Counted from the first letter of the stretch, positions 12,400-28,632 are shown. The stretch: 64,000 nt of DNA from Eledone cirrhosa (GCA_964016885.1 OZ024743.1:154938001-155002000); one strand, 5' to 3'. Translations and numbers: made by a program. The notes: generated by a model from the letters alone, not told the origin.

Positions 12400-14700
12400 A
12401 TATATATTGATGTACAGTGGATTGACATATATTATACTATACTGTATTTGTACAGCAATTCAAATTCAAAATCAAAATCAAAATCAAAATTAAAATCAAA
12501 ATACATTCGGCAGATAACACAGATAATGCAAGAGTATAGTTTGATAGTCAGATCTAGTAGGTAGTGTATGCGTTAGTTACACATGGAGCATGCAATTGTG
12601 TCTCATTTATATACGATAATCGTGTGGCAAGGTGTTACATGTAATGCAAGCCCTTTAAGCGGGTAAGCAGGAGTATTATGGTGGTTGTAGTGGTAGGGTA
12701 TTTTTGTATAGATAAAAAAAGTATGTGTGCAGAAAAAAAAAAGAAAAAGAAAGTTATAATTTTCGCATCCACCACCATTTTCACATCAGAAAAAGGAAGA
12801 TATTGTATTTACATCCATCACATAAGTTACGATGATTCCGTATTGAATGTTTGTTGCATTAAATTATTGTAGCGTATTGAGGCTCAGTGTTATTTAATCA
12901 TATTATAGAATAGGTTCTTTTGCTGCGAGAATGTACAGTGGTTTATTACCCGGAAGTAGGTGTGTAATTAAGGGGAGTTAATGCGTAAGGGGAGGTAACT
13001 AGCTGATTCTCATAACTAAATTCATTGTCCTAACATACATTATATGGAGCTTCAATTGAGTACCTTATATAAAAGGTTATATATGTATATCTAATTTTCA
13101 ATTTTAAATACAGTTTACTCTATCATAATGTATTAAAGGTATATATAGGAAGTTGATTACTCTTTATTATATAGTGCTATAATTGAATTATCCGTACAAA
13201 GTGCTATATCTTTATATCAAAGTTCACTGTAAATACATTCTACTCTCAAAACATATCACAGGACATACTAGAATTGTGTCTACATAACCCCTGGTAAGTT
13301 AAGGAGCAGCGTGTGGCTGTTTGCATGACAAAATCAAATACATCTCTTGGGTAGACAAATACAACCCTCATTTACAATGTCATTAATGCATCCATCAAGT
13401 TATACATGCATATATCATTCATATATAATCCATTGCACCACCCTACATATAAGTTAGACAGATCCCTTATGTTAATTAATTAATCCTATGTATATATAAT
13501 GTTATTACTCCATACATTTAATTACAATTGCATATATAATTCACTGCCGTATCTAGTATTTAAAGTTTATATAGACTGTATTATATTTCTATCACTATAT
13601 AATTGTAAGTAATTGAAAGTAATTATATTAAATGTTGGTGTCTATGGAGATATTTCTAGGATATAAAGTTATAGATAGAATGACTTGTGTCGGAGATTAT
13701 GGTGTAGTGGTGTAAGGTATGCCCTTAAGGTGTAAGGTATGCCCTTGATGTGTGGTGTTAGAAGTCTGACATTGTTATATATTGTGTTTAAAGTTTTGGA
13801 AGGAGTGCCGGAAGCCGTGCAGGCATGACGCACACACTTCCGATTTTTTTATTAAGGAGGTTAAGGTTCGAGAAGATTATAGTATGGGTGTCTAGTAGAC
13901 AGAGGTTACAGAATTTATTAGGTGGTCTGTACGATGCCGCCTTACCTATCACTTCCCATTGAAGTGTATATGATCTATTTCTAGCTTTCAGATAGTGTAT
14001 GTAGCTAGATAGTGAAGTGAAAATGGCTAGACTGTATTTTTTGAAAGAATAGAGATGTGAATTGTATCTGGTTTTGAAGCAGTTCAAAGTAGAGCCTATA
14101 TAGGTTTCAGAAGAGTTGCTAGTTCTGACCGTGCATGAGTAGATGTTTTTAGCTAAAGGGCAGGTTCTATTAGATCTACAGTTACAATTATTTTGGTTGT
14201 TAACCTGTCGGTTATTATGTTTTGTAGAAGTCTGGTTGCTAGGTATTGCATTATGGCTATGGGGGTTGTCGCTCCCAATGTTATTGATTTCGTTAGTGTT
14301 ATTACTATTATTACTATTGATATCAGGGTTTACAGATATTACGTTGTTTTGAAAATTTACCCTCTGCTGTGTTTTAGTTTGTTGAAAGTAAGTATTAATC
14401 TTTCTTTTATTGCTACTAGTTATGTGGTATGCTATGTTAGGTGTGGTAGAGTAGGAGATTTTAATGGTGTTTTTATTTCTAAGACTATGGTATTGTGGCC
14501 ATTTGGAAAGTTTTTTTATCCAGGAGTGAGAAGGAAGCCTTAGGTAGGTTGGTAGAGACGTTTAGATTGAAAGGTGGGTTGAAAACTGTATTAGTTCTTC
14601 TATTTTTTTTTATATCTGTTGAGGTGTTTCGGTTTATGGTATTTTGGTGTCTTCTCTGGTGTGAGTTACGTTTGTTGCTACCCTTCGTATTAGTATGTGT
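12400..14700 (-). mobile_element. Naiad-like PLE remnant (GIY-YIG end)
   Basis: FNPPFN, CNCRSNRTCPL linker, TYIGS..FKTRYNSH, CNLC in 13788-14590. Frameshifted. Confidence 0.8.
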
Positions 14701-15059
14701 GTGTGATTATTACTCTTATTACTATTTTTCCTCATGGACATATTGTGAGAAATAATGTTGTAACTATGTGTTGTTATAGGTAGCAATTCCATCCTATTAT
14801 TATGGCCTGATCTAGCTAATGCCTGATTCTAGTATTGTGAGTTTTTGCTAAATATGGTTTCGTCATGAGATAGATTAGAGATTCTATTGGATATTCCTGT
14901 AGAACAACTGGTGTTATTACATTGAGCTATTTATCTTACTGGTAATAAGGTAGTAATACATTACTGACCTTTTCTGTTTATAGTTTAAAATATACATAAC
15001 TATAAATAGTATCCTTAATATAAAGTTATATATATATATATATAATTTTTTTTTTACGA

Positions 15060-15438
<379 letters not shown>

Positions 15439-15454
15439 ATTACACAAATATATG

Positions 15455-17500
<2,046 letters not shown>

Positions 17501-17748
17501 TTATATATATATATATATATATATATTTCGTTTCTAAATTTGTTTAGCAAGATTCTTTATCTGAAATCGTGTGTTGAAACCGATATTGTTATACTTTGGG
17601 AGGGTCATGTTGCCAATAAGAAACACATGCACCAGTAGCTTTCACTTCAATTTATTATATATTTATAAATTTATAAATTTACAAATTTACAAACTTATAC
17701 ATTTCTGGCTGGTTGGTTGGTTCCACAACTAGATATTTGTTTATATAT

Positions 17749-17793
17749 AGTCATAGTCCTTTCGTCACACACTCTGTGACCTCTTCAGTGACT
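17749..17793 (-). ncRNA. Hammerhead ribozyme in inverted PLE terminal repeat
   Basis: Reverse complement of 21129-21173. Confidence 0.72.
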
Positions 17794-17997
17794 GGGGATT
17801 CCTTTCTTTGTTTCTGTGCCATTCCTTTCTTCTGTCCTACGCCATTTTGTTTCTGTGTGTGTGTTGTGTGCTCAGTTTGCGCATGCGCCACATCCGGGTG
17901 TCTGTGTGTGTTTGTGTTCATTTATCTATATGTTTATTTATTTACATGTTGTTGGTTGGTTGTTTGTTCTATGTGTGTGTGTGTTTTCATTTTGTCC

Positions 17998-18817
17998 TTA
18001 ATTGTAAGTTGTGATGTTGCTGTTCCACTCATATTTTCTATTTAATTTTGGTTGTAATTCTTTTATGCTTACTGCCTCTGTAATTTGCCTAAACATTGCA
18101 TCTTTTCTGTGTGTGGATTTTATTTTTATTTCTATGTTCTCTAATTTAACCTTGTGTTCTATCTTAGCATGTTGGTAGAGTACAGATGATTCTTTATTAT
18201 CTTGAAGGTCTCGCCAGTGTTTATTTATCCGTTCCACTATACTACGAGCTGTCTCACCTATGTACACTATATTTTTGTTTCTACATTGTCCTTCAGTACA
18301 TCTTATGCTATACACTACTTTTCTAGTTTTACAGTTAATATAGGGGCTTATTTTACAGGTTATACATTTCTTATCTATACATGAGGGTCTTTGGAACGGG
18401 TATGTCTTGCTAATAAGTGTTTTTATGGAGGTACATGGTCTTTCTACTATCTTAATATTGAGTTTATGTTTATTTAGGGCCCTTCTAGATGTGTAGGCTA
18501 GTTCGCCTCTAGGGGTCGTATTGATGAACATTAAACTCTGGTATGTATTGCTATCATACCATGAGTTTATTCTATTGGCATTTTTCCTAGTTCTTTCTAT
18601 TCTATTCCAAAATCTGCTCCTATACAAGGGGCAGGTCCCATTTATGTCATTATTTACCATTTCTTCCCATTTGGTTCTGGCTCCTCTATACACTCTGATT
18701 CTATCTCTCTGATTGTAGCCAGAGAACTGCATACGGTGGATGAAGTGTTGTATGTGTCTCTCTAGTTCTTCGGGGTTGTACATGCGGAACACATTTCTCA
18801 TCACCCGTACAAAATCC
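17998..18817 (-). pseudogene. Stop-free thumb plus GIY-YIG coding segment of the inverted PLE copy
   Basis: PLE-homologous part of ORF 17998-19098. The part upstream of 18817 is antisense RT sequence. Confidence 0.8.
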
Positions 18818-21128
18818 ACATCACCATATGGGCACGTAATGGAGAGATAGCATGCTTTCCAACAGACAAGTCTGGCAGAATGTCGGTTGACAGCCTGCCA
18901 AACTACATCCAGGCAATGCAACCCCACATCACTAACACAAGAGAAGTAACACCACAGGAGCATGAGGATAGAGAAAAAGCCCTCAATGCCCATATGGTGA
19001 TGTGGACGAATATAATGCAGCCCAACAAAAGGACTGCCAACAACTTCCAGGCCTGGAACAATGACGTGCCGGCGTTGTATGGGCTTCGAAAAGACCATAA
19101 AACGGGCTGTGACCCTGTCGCGGGACCACCAACACGGCCAGTCTGTGGAGCTAACATTGCTAGTAACTACAGACTGTCCTACTTCCTCTCTCTGATCATA
19201 CGCCCCATCATTTAGATGTCCCCAGATGTATGTGACAGCACGGAGGACCTCCTCAGCAGAATCGGCGTGGGTAACCGATCTGGGGACCTAACAAACTGCA
19301 TAATAGGCAGTATGGATGTTGTGTCCCTGTATCCATCTATTGACGTGGATTTTGCTGTGGAGAAATGCGTAGAAATGATCAGCGAGAGGTTGTGTTCCGT
19401 GGGATTGATACCAGTGAGCTGGGACTTCTACTTAAGCTTACCCATAGTAATAGTTACCTAGACACTTATGACCTTAGCACCCTGTGCCCTACAAGACCAG
19501 CAAGAGGCAGACCACCTACCATTACCTCTATGGCCAAGAAAACCCACACAGATAGATAGATGGAACGGGTGGACCAGAGCCATACGGACACCCGAAAACC
19601 ATGATGAACTGAAGAAAATGATTGCACATGCGGTAGGGGCCAGCATAAAATTAACCCTTAAGGAACATATGTTCAAATTTAATGGAAAAACATATGCCCA
19701 AGAGGAAGGAGCAGCCATTGGTGTTAGCATTGCAGGCGACATCGCTAACTGGGACAGTAGACTTAAACTTAAACTTAAAGAACAATTAGAAGACAGCTTA
19801 ACCCTGATAATGTACTCCCGCTACGTAGATGATATATACATCGTAGTTAAGACACCCCCACTAGAGAACAGTCAGGAACTAGAGAAAAACACAATGGAAA
19901 GCATCCAGCAAATAGCAAACTCCATCCACCAGAGCATTAGAGTTACTATAGACTACCCAAGTGACACCCAACCATCGATTACCTGTACTAGACACAGAGC
20001 TCTGGTTAGATACCATTAACAACCAAAAACAAATCATCCATTCCCATTATGCCAAACCCATGACTTCCAAACATCTGATCCACCGAAACTCGGCCATTTC
20101 GGACCATACCAAAATCAACATACTGATTGCGGATTTGGTACGGGTGATGAGAAATGTGTCCCGCATGTGCAACCCCGAAGAACTAGAGAGACACATATAA
20201 CACTTCATCGACCGTATGCAGTACTCTGGCTACAATCAGAGAGATAGAATCAGAGTGTATAGAGGAGCCAGAACCAAATGGGAAAAAATGGTAAATAATG
20301 ACATAAATGGGACCTGCCCCTTGTATAGGAGCAAGTTTTGGAATATAATAGAAAGAACTAGGAACAAGGCCAATAGAATAAACTGATGGTATGATAGCAA
20401 TAAATACCAGAGTGTAATGTTCATCAATACAACCCCTAGAGGCGAACTAGCCTACAAATTTAGAAGTGCCCTAAATAAACATAAACTCAATATTAAGATA
20501 GTAGAAAGACCAGGTACCTCCATAAAAACACTTATTATCAAGACATACCCGTTCCAAAGACCCTCATGTATAGATAAGAAATGTATAAGCTGTAAAATAA
20601 GCCCCCATATTAACTGTAAAACTAGATATGTAGTCTATAGCATAAGATGTACTGAAGGACAATGTAGAAACAAAAATATAGTGTACATAGGTGAGACAGC
20701 TCGTAGTATAGAGACCTTCAAGATAATAAATAATCATCTGTACTCTACCAACATGCTAAGATAGAACACAAGGGTAAATTAGAGAACATAGAAATAAAAA
20801 TAGAATCCACACACAGAAAAGATGCGATGTTTAGGCAAATTACAGAGGCAGTAAGCATAAAAGAATTACAACCAAAATTAAATAGAAAACATGAGTGGAA
20901 CAGCAACATCACAACTTACAATTAAGGACAAAATGAAAACACACACACACATAGAACAAACAACCAACCAACAACATGTAAATGAATAAACAAATAGATA
21001 AATGAACACAAACACACACAGACACCCGGATGTGGCGCATGCGCAAACTGAGCACAAAACACACACACAGAAACAAAGTGGCGTAGGACAGAAGAAAGGA
21101 AAGGCACAGAAACAAAGATAGGAATCCC

Positions 21129-21173
21129 AGTCACTGAAGAGGTCACAGAGTGTGTGACGAAAGGACTATGACT
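21129..21173 (+). ncRNA. Hammerhead ribozyme in PLE 3' terminal repeat
   Basis: AGTCA-CTGAAGA-G-GTCACA gagtg TGTGAC-GAAA-GGAC-TA-TGACT. Stems I and II pair. Confidence 0.75.
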
Positions 21174-21331
21174 ATATATATACAACTATCTGGTTGTGGA
21201 ACCAACCAACCAACCAGAAATTTATAAGTTTGTAGATTTGTAAATTTATAAATGTATAAACATATAGTAAATTAAAGTGAAAGCAACTGGTGCGTGTGTT
21301 TCTTATTGGCAACATGACCCTCCCAAAGTAT

Positions 21332-21379
<48 letters not shown>

Positions 21380-21382
<3 letters not shown>

Positions 21383-21850
21383 CATGTATCTATGTATACG
21401 TACATACATATATGTATACAGACTACATTAGTATGTGTATATATACATACATGGACACATATATATATATATGCCGTTAATATGTATAAGGAAAGTATAT
21501 AATTTTAGACGTTCAACCATCTGGCAGGAACGTTTACGATGCTGACGATAGCTAATAAGCTTGAAACTAGTACATCGTTCCTGTGTGAGTGTTGAAAAAA
21601 AAAGGTGACGTGGGTGCCTAACCACTGTACCGCGTAATTGGGGCTGTTTGTTTGTTTACAAACAAACAAACCGAGCATTGCAATAAATGTTCGGTTGGCC
21701 GATTGGTGCATATATATATGTGTGCATGTATGTATATATATATACATACTACTGTACGTATGTATACATATATGTATGTACGTATACATACATACTTGCA
21801 TTTAAGTAAGTGCCGTACTAAGAGTGAGAAATAAAATTTCGTTTCATTCT
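21380..21850 (+). mobile_element. Further copy of the about 440-bp retrozyme-like family
   Basis: 21475-21850 is similar to 17140-17490 and contains the HHR at 21536-21578. Confidence 0.7.
21536..21578 (+). ncRNA. Type I minimal hammerhead ribozyme
   Basis: ACGATG-CTGACGA-TAGCT aata AGCTT-GAAA-CTAG-TA-CATCGT. 6-bp stem I and palindromic stem III. Confidence 0.8.
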
Positions 21851-21853
21851 ATT

Positions 21854-21927
<74 letters not shown>

Positions 21928-21929
<2 letters not shown>

Positions 21930-22900
21930 CAGGGTAACCAGTAGATCCGGGAGTGACCCGTGTAACACCAACTGACCCAGGGCCCCTGTATAAGTCACAG
22001 GGATTGACCGATCCAATTTACCCAGTGTGCACCCCACAGTGAACATGCGGGGCTGACTAGTTCATGCAGAAATTCCATCTTATGTCCCCTTAGAAAAGAA
22101 TTCCTGGTGATAAACCCAGTTTACCGATGCAGAGTTACCGCCCATCACTCGGAGCATATCAATATGGGAGCAACACCAAAGAGCTTCCAGGACCGGTGGT
22201 ATAATCATCACCAATCCTTTCATTAGAATCGGCAAAAGGAAGAGTACGGCCCTTTTCGAAATGATCTGGAAGTTCAAGCTGGACAAAGCCTTTACTCATT
22301 TGTTTGGTCCAGAGTTAATGATATATCTCCACATGTCGGCGGGTGTGGCATTTGCAGCCTCTTTCTTAGTGAGACACAGGAGATAGTCTGTGGTGGAATA
22401 AATTCAATAAATCGCCCGGCAGATTTCTTTGGTGCATGAGGAAACCTAAGGAACGGATCTTTCCTTAAGCTATATAGATTGCAACCCCACCACATTGACA
22501 CCAAACCCGCCCATTGAACCTGTCCCTATCCTCCTCTTCCTTTTTAGATTAGCATTTAAAAACACCCTTCAGCCGCACTAACCTAGCTGTTACGCCCATG
22601 CCTTCACTCATAGTTGTCGCCCTTATTGCTCAGTTCTTTAGTATTAACCGAAGTTACTAGCTATTTAGCGAATATTATACGTTGGCAGTGTCCTACCATG
22701 GGTATCTCCATGCATCCCTGATTTCTGCCCACCGGGCTTCACCGTCCACCCCTGATCTATAATCCGGTTTTCCTAATGAAAAAAACTATATCTAATCTAA
22801 TTCATTCCGCACATAAAAGTCAGTACTCACTGTGATAATTAAATAATACGAACCTATTATTTCTATTTTCACCCAGTAAAGGGTACATATGGGTCTATGT
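21928..22900 (+). mobile_element. Old Naiad-like GIY-YIG fragment (not in the ORF track on this strand)
   Basis: Hand translation of 22065-22450: CRNSILCPL..VYRCRV..NMGAT..FQDRWYNHHQSF, STALFEMIWK, CSLFLSETQEI. Frameshifts present. Confidence 0.7.
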
Positions 22901-22974
22901 GTTTATGTGATTATATATGTGTACATAGATATGTTTATGTATAGATATGTGTGTAAATATATATATATATATAT

Positions 22975-23324
22975 ATATTGTTATACTTTTGGAGGGTCAT
23001 GTTGTCAATAAGATACACACGCACCAGCAGTTTTCACTCCAGTTCATTATAAATTAAAAACAAATGTTTTCAAAAAATATCCTTAATATTTTTTTTTTTT
23101 TTTTTTCTTTTATAAATTTCCGGTTCGCTGGTTTGTTCCACAATCGGACAGTTGTTCATATATTGTCAAAGTTCTTTCGTCACATATTCTTGTAATTTAT
23201 AATAAATTGGAGTGAAAGCAACTGGAACGTGTGTTTCTTATTGGCCACATGACCCTCCCAGAGTATAACAATATGGGTTTCAACACACGTTTTCCGATAA
23301 ATAGTCTGGCTAAACGAATTCAGA

Positions 23325-23330
<6 letters not shown>
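22975..23330. repeat. Foldback of the terminal repeat of the 17.5-21.3 kb PLE family
   Basis: ATATTGTTATACT..GGAGGGTCATGT (about 22975) is inverted at about 23245-23273. Matches 17583 and 21300. Confidence 0.8.
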
Positions 23331-23380
<50 letters not shown>

Positions 23381-23384
<4 letters not shown>

Positions 23385-25311
23385 ATAATAATAAATTCGA
23401 AGACTTAAACCCAAAGAGGGCTCGATAAGGGTATAGCCGAATGATACGTTTAATTACATAAGTAAGCATACCAACCATCCTGCCAGCATAGCGAGGAACC
23501 TGGTAAGAAACGTTTCTTTGAGGCTTTCCCGTCTATCTACTATCGAGCATATGTTCAACGACCATTCCTCATATTACAATGAAGCTCTTGCTCGGAGTGG
23601 ATTTGTCGATAAGGTAGCATATACAGAGTACGAGAATAGATCCCGACGCATTATATGGTATAACCCACCATATAATATGGAGGTGGCCACACCATTAGCT
23701 AAGATCTTTCTATCCCTTATTACGAAGCATTTTCCCCCTACACATAAATATAGTAAAATGTTTAATAGAAATACTATTAAAATGTCTTACTCTACGACTC
23801 CAAACCTTGCACATAACATCACAGCTTCAAATGTAGATAAACTACCTAGCCGTAGGAAGACGTGCAACCCTGTAGTTAGTACTAACTGTAATTGTAGGGA
23901 TCGGGTTGATTGCCCGCTTTCCGGCAAATGCCTCTCTAGTAACATTGTCTACAAATATAAGGTTGACACACCCATGTCCCGTAAGGCCTAGATAGGGTTA
24001 ACCGCCAATATATTCAAACAGCGTCTTTACATGCATACCCATTCTTTTCGCTACTCTCTAAGAGAGGAATATGACGTCACTTTCAGCTTACATCTGGAGT
24101 CTAAAAGACAAGCACACCCAATATAAGTTACATTGGGAGATCCTAGCTACGGCTAGATCGTATAACGTAAATAAAAGATCCTGTGACCTCTGCGCCGCTG
24201 AGGACCTGGAAATACTCTACGCCACAGACCATATTTTAAACAAAAAATCTGAGGCAATTTCGGCTTGTAAACAAAAATTGCACAAACCTTTCCTGTATTA
24301 CAGCCCCACATGATACCCTAACGGATAGTACGATCTATACGCGGATATTTTACGTCTTGATGTGGTAGCTAAGTATATGTTATGTTTATACCATTACTTA
24401 TTTGCATAGGTAAGTATATATTACCTGTATGTTTTGTGAAGATACGTATACTTTCTCGTACGTATATTTGATTTCATATGTTATGGCGTATATTTTATAT
24501 ATTCTGGTACATATGCTTTTGGTTATGTGTATACGTGAGTTTGCGTCTGTGTTAGTATGCGTGTTCGTACGTATGTAGGGTGTGTGTAGTGTGTACCTCG
24601 TGTTTTGGTTGACGTCGTCTCCGAACATTTGTGTATTTACATGTAGGTATGTGTGTGCCCTTGTTATATACGTATTTATTTATTTATATACGTTTATTTA
24701 ATTATTTGTATACACGCACACACGTACATATTTATATGTGCGTGTATTTGTATACCTATGGCGAGTGGTTTCGCGTATGCTTGTGTATGTACGTATATGG
24801 ATGCGTGTATGTATTTATTTAATTTCAATTACTTCTGTATTTTATTTACTTTATTCTTAAATCTGAAGCGGAGAATCATTCGGTTTCCTAGATAGAATTT
24901 TAGTCTGAGACTTTATTCATAGCATTTACGTGGTTTTGTCTTTGCGTGCAATTGTTCATCCACGCCCCACATGTGACGTATTATCTTCGTATTTTCCGTT
25001 CATTGCCAGAGAACGTCTCTATGAACCACCTAATAGAATATTAGTCTACGACTTCATTTATACCATAAACGTGGTTCTGTCTTTGCATGTAATTGTTTTT
25101 CACCGCCGCAAATAATTACGTATTATATTCGTTTGTTCCCGTTCTTTGACAGGGAACGTTTCCACGAACCAAAGTATCGTCTTCCTGTCTTCTTCCGGTT
25201 GCAACGTTTTTTGAAATATTCACTTCTGCGTTCACATATTGACTTTGTTAGTTTCAGAAGATCCCGTTAAGGGTGAAAGCAGCTATTCTTTGCTTAAACT
25301 TTAATCTGTTA

Positions 25312-25320
<9 letters not shown>
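23381..25320 (+). mobile_element. Naiad-like PLE, 5'-truncated
   Basis: IIWYNPPY, KMSYSTTPN, CNCRDRVDCPLSGKC, IVYK, SLSAYIW, CDLCAAE in 23518-24313. HHR-like CAGAAGA-TCCC..GGGT-GAAA near 25255-25285. Confidence 0.87.
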
Positions 25321-25363
<43 letters not shown>

Positions 25364-25940
25364 ACGAAAAAAGATCAAATCGAAATTGCGACTGGAGTCT
25401 TTTTTTCGTTAATTATATATTTATTTGTTTCCTTTAACGCTTTCGCAGTTCTTCTGCTTTTCAAAAGTAGAATTGAGCTGGAGGGTTTGTAGTTTTTCTC
25501 ACATCTGGTTGGTGCTTGAATGTTACATCTATTTTATATCGAAAAAAGAGGCTCGAAATGTTAGGTTTTTAGAGAAAAAATTTGGTTGGTTGGTGTGTGA
25601 ATGAGTATAATACATTTCGCGCAAGTTCGCGTTACAAAGTCCCTACAATATTTGCCTTTACAAAAAAAATGTGTGCTCAAGTTGTTTTTTCATATATGAG
25701 TGAAATTTGCTTGGTTGATGCAGACCTGTCGTCATTTTCAACAACACTATTTTCTCTCTCTTATAAGATACTAACTACTATGAAAGAGTAAAAAACTACC
25801 AGCAATCAAAAACGATGACCAGATTAAACACATTCATTTGTCGATACCAGGAAGACTTAATTAAAAAGGAACACGATTATTTAACTATTTTGAATACAGC
25901 AACCTTTCGGGACTTCCGAAGATCCACAAATGTAAAATAA

Positions 25941-27509
25941 CACCGTGTAACATATTTTGTTTTCCCTTGTTCTAAGTATCAGTTCTTGGTTTCTCATATC
26001 CCATTATTATAAAAAAAAAACTATTATGTACTCAGAAGTTTGAGTTAGTGGTCAGGAGTTTGATATTTCGAAATTTTCATATTTTTCAAGAAAAAACACT
26101 TTTTTTTAAATGTATCAGTTCATATAATTAAATCAACAGAGTATATATATTTATTTTATTACACAAGCTTATCAAAAGCAAATAAGTAGAAACAAATAAC
26201 ACTTATAAAGCAAATTATACATGTCAGCAATGACTGGATTTCCTGGATTTGCAGTTGTTGTCCAGGTCGCATTCCCGCCCTAGCCCCCAGATATAGTCCC
26301 CATCATCTCTTATTTGTAGTGGCCCTGGTACTTCCGCTCTATCTCTTTTACATCTTGGTGGAATCGTTCACCTTGTTTTTCTGCGTAGGCGCTCATATAG
26401 TCCTTGGATTTTTCCAGGTGAGCGACCAGCATATGGATTTTAAGCGACATCCTGCATCCCATGACGCCAACAGCCTTTATCAGATCCTGCACCAGTTACT
26501 GGTAGTTTTCAGCTCTGTAGTTGCCCAGGAAGCCCTTAACAACTGCCTTGAAATAGTTCCATGCTGTTTTCTCAATCCTATTGAGCTTATTGGAGAACTC
26601 GGTAGACTCAAACACCTTCTTTATCAGTGGCGGCATGAGCACCATCCTGGGATCAACCAGTGGCTCACATATGACGTTCCGGGTCCCAACTACAAAGTAT
26701 GTTCGCTGCTCCCATTTCTTTCTTTTGTAGTGGTCAGAGATGGCTCTGCTGTCCCAAAGCAGAGGAAGCATTGACATTTGATAAAGTCTCCTTGGAGTCC
26801 AAGAAGGAAAGCTACCATCTTTAAATCTCCAATGATTCCCCAATTGTACTGGTTGGATTGCAGAGCTTCCAAGAGAACTTTCACACTGAAGTAATCTTCC
26901 TTCAGACTGAATTAGCAAGGGGCAGTGTCGGGAACTTGTTTCCATTGTCGAGAAGGACAGTCTTCAAACTTGTGGTGGAGCTGTCTATAAATAGTCGCCA
27001 CTCCTTGGGCACAAACGGCACCCCAATGACATCAAACAGTTCACGCACGTATTGGAAGAAGCGTAGGCCATCCCTAAGAGTGTAAAAGCCTGAGAAAGGT
27101 TCGTGTCGACTTCTCTGACTTGTCACTTGCATTCCCTCCTTGACCAAGTTCCACTGCTTTATCCTGGAGACTAATGCTTATAAGTTACCCTTTATTCAGG
27201 GTGCGAAAATCCAGTATCAAAAAATCTCTTTAATCCACTTTTTAACAATTTTATACTTTATTGCACATTTATAATTTTCTTTATTTTATAATTTTAATTT
27301 AACCTGAAACATATATTAAAAAAATCATTTAACATAAGCAAATTAAACTTTGATACAACGTAATATCCAGCACACAAATAATTAGAATTTTTACAAACCC
27401 AACCTTTTAACTGTTTAATGGCACCTTTTTTTTTATTTGGGACCTAAGCAACACAAAAACGTGATTACAAGCCAGGAACAGAGTAACACAATCTTTTTGT
27501 TACACGGTG
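25941..27509 (-). mobile_element. Chapaev3 (CMC) DNA transposon, internally degraded
   Basis: TIRs CACCGTGTAAC / GTTACACGGTG, TAA TSD. Transposase motifs WRLFIDSS..SLKTVLL, GDLKMVAFLLGLQG, MSLKIH, GERFHQD. Confidence 0.88.
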
Positions 27510-28447
27510 TAATTAACGATGCCTGTAAACAATCCACCTCAACCTGCGTGAACACAACATACCACACAGACCTTAAATTAAGACCAATTGTAGCGGGTCC
27601 ACAATGGGAAACAGACTGACTAAGCAACTTTATAGACATACTAATAAAACCAATTGTCAAACACATACGAATCTTTGTAATAGACGATCTGGACCTCTTA
27701 AACCACCTCCCAAAACATGTCAACAACGACACTATTACTGTTTCTTTAGATGTTATGAATCTCTACACAACGATCCCACACCAATACGGACTAGAAGCAA
27801 TAGGATTATGGCAAGAGAAATATCCAAATTAGATACCTGATAGAATAGAAAAATATTTCATCACCGAGTGATTAACATTTATTTTACAAAACAACTTTTT
27901 TGATTTCAATGGCAGTACTTACAAACGAATATCGGGGACTGCGATGGGTTCAAAAGTCGCTCCGACTTATGCCACCATAGTCATGGCATACCTGGAAGTC
28001 CAGATATATGAACACTCCAAATCAAAATACGGATTGTACTTCCACAGAAATATGTATCAGAGAATTGGAAATGCTACTTGGATGATTGTCTCATTCTTTG
28101 CTCTCACACACTCGACCAACTAAATGATTTAAAAAGTTTAATTAACGGCATCAATAACCACATTCAATTCTCTATGGAATAATGCCTAGATCAACTCCCG
28201 TTTCTAAACATCTTAATCATAAAAAAAACACAAATATTGAAACTGACATAGACTATAAACCAGCAGATCCAAACAATACCTGCTATTCACCTCCAACCAT
28301 CCAAAACACACGACGAGGAACATCGTTTTTAACCTAGCAAGACAAATTGGCACCATTGTCTCCAATTATGAAACGCGAAATAAAAGACTTCAAGATTTAA
28401 AGGAAATTGTGCTCGAAAGACAGTACCCACCATTACTAATAAATAAT

Positions 28448-28632
28448 TGTTTCTACTTTAGGCACAAGGGCAGCGATTACCAGTACATTACTGGTACATT
28501 ATTTTATCGACCCCGTAAGGAGGAAAGGCAAAGTTAACATAGGCGCGATTTGAACTCAGACTGTAAAGGGACGTAACTATGCTAGAAAACATGGCGTCAA
28601 ACTATCTACGGATACTCCCAATTCACCGCCCT
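28448..28632 (-). mobile_element. tRNA-derived SINE (family A)
   Basis: TSD TTACTAATAAATAAT at 28433-28447 and 28633-28647. Confidence 0.9.

Larger units (their letters stand above)
17527..21340 (+). mobile_element. Penelope-like element, 5'-truncated, with long inverted 3' duplication (17527-18817)
   Basis: RT: GSMDVVSLYPSI, GAAIGVSIAGDIAN, YSRYVDDI. GIY-YIG: VVYSIRC..VYIGETARS. 17527-18817 (-) mirrors about 20130-21340 (+). Confidence 0.92.

Noticed and set aside
17998-19098. 366-aa minus-strand ORF as an intact gene
   Set aside because: Chimeric across the PLE inversion junction at about 18817. The N-terminal part is antisense RT.
27610-27625. In-frame TGA codons in PLE RT regions as selenocysteine (also 20385, 27869)
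   Set aside because: Paralogous copies have AGA, TCA or GGA at these sites, so these are ordinary nonsense mutations. The Cys motifs of the better-preserved Naiad-like copies do not use TGA.
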